Of a stretch of 64,000 bases of DNA, positions 59,968 to 64,000 are shown piece after piece. Position numbers and translations under genes: made by a program. The stretch covers positions 5,746 through 69,745 of the forward strand of contig DATHGV010000193.1 in assembly GCA_035490135.1 (NCBI GenBank), given 5' to 3'. The number at the start of each line of letters is the position of its first letter. The first letter of the stretch is position 1. The DNA is from Candidatus Methylomirabilota bacterium. GTDB lineage: Bacteria > Acidobacteriota > Terriglobia > Acidiferrales > UBA7541. The notes beneath the pieces are model-generated. The model was not told the DNA's origin, ran no database searches, and saw nothing but the letters and a program-made list of their open reading frames with translations.

Positions 59968-61992
59968 GTGTATCTGAACCTGACAAAGCGATTCCGCGAC
60001 GCGTTAGGCGCACATATCCGCGAAAAGTACGGGTTGGATATTGCGATCGTTACGGAGCGCCCGCCAAAAATCGAAATGGGCGAGACGGCTTCGCCGGTTA
60101 GTTTTGAATTGGCAAAACGGCTAAAGCGCGCGCCACGGCAAATCGCGCAAGAAATCGCGTCCAGCTTGGCACTGATCGAAGGAATTGCAAAAGTTGAAGT
60201 TGCGGGTGCCGGGTATTTGAATGCCTATTTTGACCGCGCAAGCTTTTTGCTAGAAGTTCAACGTGAATCAGGTTCGGCCACAGCCCCTGGGCGGCGGGGC
60301 GGCAAAATAATTGTTGAACACACCAGCATTAACCCGAATAAGGCGGCGCACATTGGGCATGTGCGAAATGCCGTGCTGGGCGATACGATCGCGCGTGTGT
60401 TGCGGCACACTGGCGGCGCGGTACAGGTGCAAAACTACATCGACAACACTGGCGTGCAGGTCGCTGACGTGGTCATCGGCTTCGTGCACATGGAGAGGAA
60501 GAACCTCGCGCAGGTATGCCAGCTGGCTGCGAAGCCGAAATTCGATTATCTCTGTTGGGACGTTTACGCGCGCGCGGCGCAATTTCTGGAGGAAGACAAA
60601 ACCCGTGCGGCGACCCTGCGCGGCGAGACTCTGAAGGCAATTGAAGAAAGTGGCGGCGAAGTTGCCGAAATGGGCATGGTGATCGCCAATGCCATCGTGA
60701 GTCTGCACCTGCGCACGATGGCGCGATTGGGCATCTGGTACGACTTGCTGGCACGCGAGAGCGAAATTTTACATTTGCATTTTTGGGATGCGGCGTTTCA
60801 ACAGTTAAAGGCCGCGGGAGCGATTCGACTGGCAACGAGTGGAAAGATGGCCGGGTGCTGGATCATGCCCGCAAAAGAAAAAGCCGAGGCGGGAAAAGAG
60901 GATGCCGCCCGGAAGGAAAGTCCTGATGCCAACGAAAGTGCTGGTTTCGACTTGGATGAGAATCCCAACAATCAAGACAAAATTATTGTGCGTTCGAACG
61001 GGACAGTGACATATGTAGGAAAAGATATCGCTTACCAATTATGGAAATTCGGGTTACTGGGCAAAGATTTTTTCTACGTCAAATGGCCCGATGCGCCTGG
61101 CTCACATATTTTATGGAGCACCGCGAGCATAAATGGTGATCCGTCAGCGCCAAATTTTGGGGCTCCTGCTACGACCGTCTACAACGTGATTGATTCACGC
61201 CAGGCCTATTTGCAGGATGTCGTCTCAGAGGGATTGCGCGCGCTGGGACACGGCAAAGAAGCGGATCACTCCATTCATTTTGCGTACGAAATTGTGGCGC
61301 TGACTCCGAGATGCGCGGCGGAGATGGGTTATGAGCTTTCACCCGAAGAAACAAAAAAACCTTACGTGGAGGTCAGTGGCCGCAAGGGATTCGGGGTGAA
61401 GGCGGACGATTTACTCGACAAGCTTGAAGCTGCGACACTGAGCGAAGTTCAGCAGCGGCACGCCGACATGGACAGTGAAGCGCAACGGCAGACCGCGCGC
61501 AAGATTGCCGTCGGGGCATTGCGATTCTTCCTTTTGAAATTTACGCGTAACGCGACCATCGCGTTTGATTTTAAGGATGCTTTGAGCTTTGAAGGCGAGA
61601 CTGGTCCCTATTGCCAGTATGCGGTGGTGCGCATCCGTGGGATTCGGCGTAAAGGGACGGAAGTGGGCGCCACGCAGATGGAAGTTATGCAGGAAACCGT
61701 TGCGAAGTTATTTTCGGGACCGGACGGCAACGGTCTGTGGGAGTTGGTGGTCTTGGCCGGATCGCTTGACATGGCCGTGGAAGCGGCCATAAAAGGACAG
61801 GAGCCGGCTTTCGTGGCGAAGTTTGCATTTCAACTTGCCCAGGCGTTCAACCTGTTTTATCACCACCATCACATTTTATCGGAAGCGGATGAGCAGAAAC
61901 GCGCGTTCCTGCTGCGGTTGACAGAATTGGTTGAAACGCAACTCGTAAGAGCGCTGGATTTATTAGGGATCGAGGCGCCCGAAAAGATGTAG
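59968..61992 (+). CDS. argS: arginine--tRNA ligase
   Basis: EHTSINPNKAAHIGH, SGRKG, FEGETGPY.QYA, C-terminal PEKM. Confidence 0.96.
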   Translation: MYLNLTKRFRDALGAHIREKYGLDIAIVTERPPKIEMGETASPVSFELAKRLKRAPRQIAQEIASSLALIEGIAKVEVAGAGYLNAYFDRASFLLEVQRESGSATAPGRRGGKIIVEHTSINPNKAAHIGHVRNAVLGDTIARVLRHTGGAVQVQNYIDNTGVQVADVVIGFVHMERKNLAQVCQLAAKPKFDYLCWDVYARAAQFLEEDKTRAATLRGETLKAIEESGGEVAEMGMVIANAIVSLHLRTMARLGIWYDLLARESEILHLHFWDAAFQQLKAAGAIRLATSGKMAGCWIMPAKEKAEAGKEDAARKESPDANESAGFDLDENPNNQDKIIVRSNGTVTYVGKDIAYQLWKFGLLGKDFFYVKWPDAPGSHILWSTASINGDPSAPNFGAPATTVYNVIDSRQAYLQDVVSEGLRALGHGKEADHSIHFAYEIVALTPRCAAEMGYELSPEETKKPYVEVSGRKGFGVKADDLLDKLEAATLSEVQQRHADMDSEAQRQTARKIAVGALRFFLLKFTRNATIAFDFKDALSFEGETGPYCQYAVVRIRGIRRKGTEVGATQMEVMQETVAKLFSGPDGNGLWELVVLAGSLDMAVEAAIKGQEPAFVAKFAFQLAQAFNLFYHHHHILSEADEQKRAFLLRLTELVETQLVRALDLLGIEAPEKM

Positions 61993-62107
61993 CTCTGACT
62001 GAGGGCTGGCCCGGAAATTAGGAAAAAGAATCCCAAGGAGAGATTCAAAAACCGCACTATGCAAATAATTCTAATCCTAGATTGTCTTGCGCGTTAACAA
62101 ACGGAAT

Positions 62108-63598
62108 CTAATAAGACATCAGCATGTGAACGAGAGTGCGCACGGCCGTTCCTGTCGCGCCCTTGGCCATCCACGGCTTCTGGTCGTCATTCCATGCGGT
62201 GCCGGCGATATCGAGATGAATCCAGGGGGTATCGCCCGTGAATTCCTTGATGAACATAGCGCCGGTGATGGCCCCGCCACCTTTTCCGCTGCCGATATTT
62301 TGAATATCGCCGACACTGCCCTTGATGAATTCGCGGTAGTCGTCGTCGATGGGCATCTGCCACATTTTCTCACCGGCAGCTTTGGAACTAGCCAGAAGTC
62401 TCTCTGTAAAGGCTTGATCGGAGCCGAACACGCCGGCGTTGACATTGGATAAAGCCACTACGATGGCACCGGTCAAGGTCGCAGCGTCGATTAAGTGAGT
62501 GGCTCCCAATTGCTTGGCAAAGGTAATGCCATCGGCCAGGATCAAACGGCCTTCCGCATCGGTGTTCAGGACCTCGATGGTTTTGCCGGACATGGCGGTC
62601 TGTATATCGCCAGGCTTCTGGGCTTTTCCGCCGACCATGTTTTCAGTCGAAGGTACTACGCAAATTACTTTTACGTTTGGTTTCAGCGAGGCGATGGCGC
62701 GCATGACCCCGAGCATGGCGCCCCCTCCAGCCATGTCGTATTTCATTTTTTCCATACCATCAGCCGGTTTGATGGAGATACCGCCGGTATCGAACGTCAC
62801 GGCCTTACCAATAAGACCAATCACAGGCAAGTCAGGTTTTAGGTTTGTAGGCACATAGGTGAGGACCATGACGCGCGGCGGCTCCGGGCCTCCTTGCGCG
62901 ACGCTGAGCAGTGCGCCCATTTTCAAGTCGGCAATTTTTTGTTCATCCAGAATTTCGACCGCCAGGCCGGCTTCCCTGCCCATGGCTGCGGCCTTTTCCG
63001 CCAGAATTTTAGGGGTCAGTTTGTTGGCGGGTTCATTAACCAGGTCGCGAGTAAAATTCTGCGCTTCGGCAATGGTCTGACCCGTTGCCAAGCCTTTTTC
63101 TCCGGCGGATTTTTGCGCATCAGAGTAGCCGATGAGCAGTACTGATTCGATGGATTTGTCGGTCTTCTTGTCGGTCTTGTATTTGTCCGATTCAAAATTG
63201 GCGATGACGGCGCCTTCGGCAACAGCTTGAGCAAAATCCTCTGTTCGGTTTTTGTCAGATGCCAGAATCGCGAACTTCTTGATTGAGCGAGCTTTTAGAT
63301 AACGCAGGGCGGCTCCCGTGACTTTGCGCGCCACAGCGCCGTTGAATTGCTCACGTTTACCGGCGCCTACCAGCAACAGCCGAGAAGCTTTCAGTCCCTG
63401 CGGCGAGTGGATAAGGGTGAACTCCAGCATTTTGCCCGAAACTTCCCCGCCCTTTACGAGCTTGCGGAGCAAGCCTCCTGCTCCACGGTCTATTTCTTCC
63501 AACTGGCCCTGGACAGGGTCAGACTCCTCAAATAAATAAGCAACAAGCGCTTCGGTTTCGAGTTCTGAATAATTCCTGGTGTCCAACGTAATTTGCAT
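62108..63598 (-). CDS. pepA: leucyl aminopeptidase (M17)
   Basis: GK..TFDTGG, MKYDM, NTDAEGRL, ATLTG, HLDIAG. Confidence 0.95.
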   Translation of the reverse strand: MQITLDTRNYSELETEALVAYLFEESDPVQGQLEEIDRGAGGLLRKLVKGGEVSGKMLEFTLIHSPQGLKASRLLLVGAGKREQFNGAVARKVTGAALRYLKARSIKKFAILASDKNRTEDFAQAVAEGAVIANFESDKYKTDKKTDKSIESVLLIGYSDAQKSAGEKGLATGQTIAEAQNFTRDLVNEPANKLTPKILAEKAAAMGREAGLAVEILDEQKIADLKMGALLSVAQGGPEPPRVMVLTYVPTNLKPDLPVIGLIGKAVTFDTGGISIKPADGMEKMKYDMAGGGAMLGVMRAIASLKPNVKVICVVPSTENMVGGKAQKPGDIQTAMSGKTIEVLNTDAEGRLILADGITFAKQLGATHLIDAATLTGAIVVALSNVNAGVFGSDQAFTERLLASSKAAGEKMWQMPIDDDYREFIKGSVGDIQNIGSGKGGGAITGAMFIKEFTGDTPWIHLDIAGTAWNDDQKPWMAKGATGTAVRTLVHMLMSY

Positions 63599-63604
63599 GC
63601 TGCG

Positions 63605-64000
63605 TTATCGCCTCCGGTTTTGATACATCGCGTCTTCCGCTTCTCTACGAGCTTCCTTGGTGCGTTCGTCCTGACGGCGGTCCCACGATTTTTTTCCTTG
63701 CGCCAAAGCAATTTCAACTTTGGCGATGCCTTTGCGGAAGTAAATCTTTAGGGGAATAACCGTCAAACCTTTGGCTTCAGTACGTCCCGCCAATTTGTTA
63801 ACCTCATTTTTATGCAGCAACAGCTTTCGCGCGCCTAGCGGCTCATGATTCCAGGGCCCACCGGGTAAATATTGCGCTATGTGAGCGTTGGCCAGCCAGG
63901 CCCCAGTGGGTCTAAAATCAACATAAGCGTCGCGGATATTGGCCTTTCCTTCGCGTAAGGCTTTCACTTCGGTGCCGTGGAGTACCAAGCCGGCCTCGAA
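63605..64000 (-). CDS. smpB: SsrA-binding protein SmpB (5' end beyond the window)
   Basis: FEAGLVLHGTEVK.LR, RKLLLHK, GKK..D.R; frame open to the window edge. Confidence 0.95.
   Translation of the reverse strand, partial: FEAGLVLHGTEVKALREGKANIRDAYVDFRPTGAWLANAHIAQYLPGGPWNHEPLGARKLLLHKNEVNKLAGRTEAKGLTVIPLKIYFRKGIAKVEIALAQGKKSWDRRQDERTKEARREAEDAMYQNRRR

Overview
This 64-kb window is GC-rich bacterial chromosome, and gene content and order suggest Acidobacteriota (inference). It is mostly core genes: aroC-def-fmt, bamD, valS-birA-coaX, rlmD, a lipid A/Kdo/heptose operon, uvrD/pcrA, add, purS, glmS, larE, larC, a polyprenyl synthase, tatD, metG, argS, pepA and a 5'-truncated smpB. I found no CRISPR array, rRNA, tRNA or transposase. 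The best candidate for an undescribed system is a minus-strand cluster at 905-4820. It has two tandem, non-canonical thymidylate-kinase-fold genes (one with a Walker A K->R change and a D/K/R-repeat tail), followed by ppx/gppA and sixA. Upstream is a Pho-box-like 11-bp-spaced direct repeat lying 10 nt from a -10 hexamer, which points to a phosphate-regulated polyphosphate/nucleotide kinase module. Other notable items are an Ste14/ICMT-family methyltransferase coupled to the end of the LPS operon (candidate LmtA-like lipid A methylase), a polyprenyl synthase that apparently starts at ATC, and a RomR-like regulator before valS. Several enzymes look catalytically degenerate (MlaF, an S1/P1-fold protein). 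There is also a TldD/E pair with signal-like N-termini, two pseudogenes (fatty acid desaturase, comEC), recurrent leaderless promoters and small palindromic elements. All family calls come from motif recognition by eye; no database searches were run.
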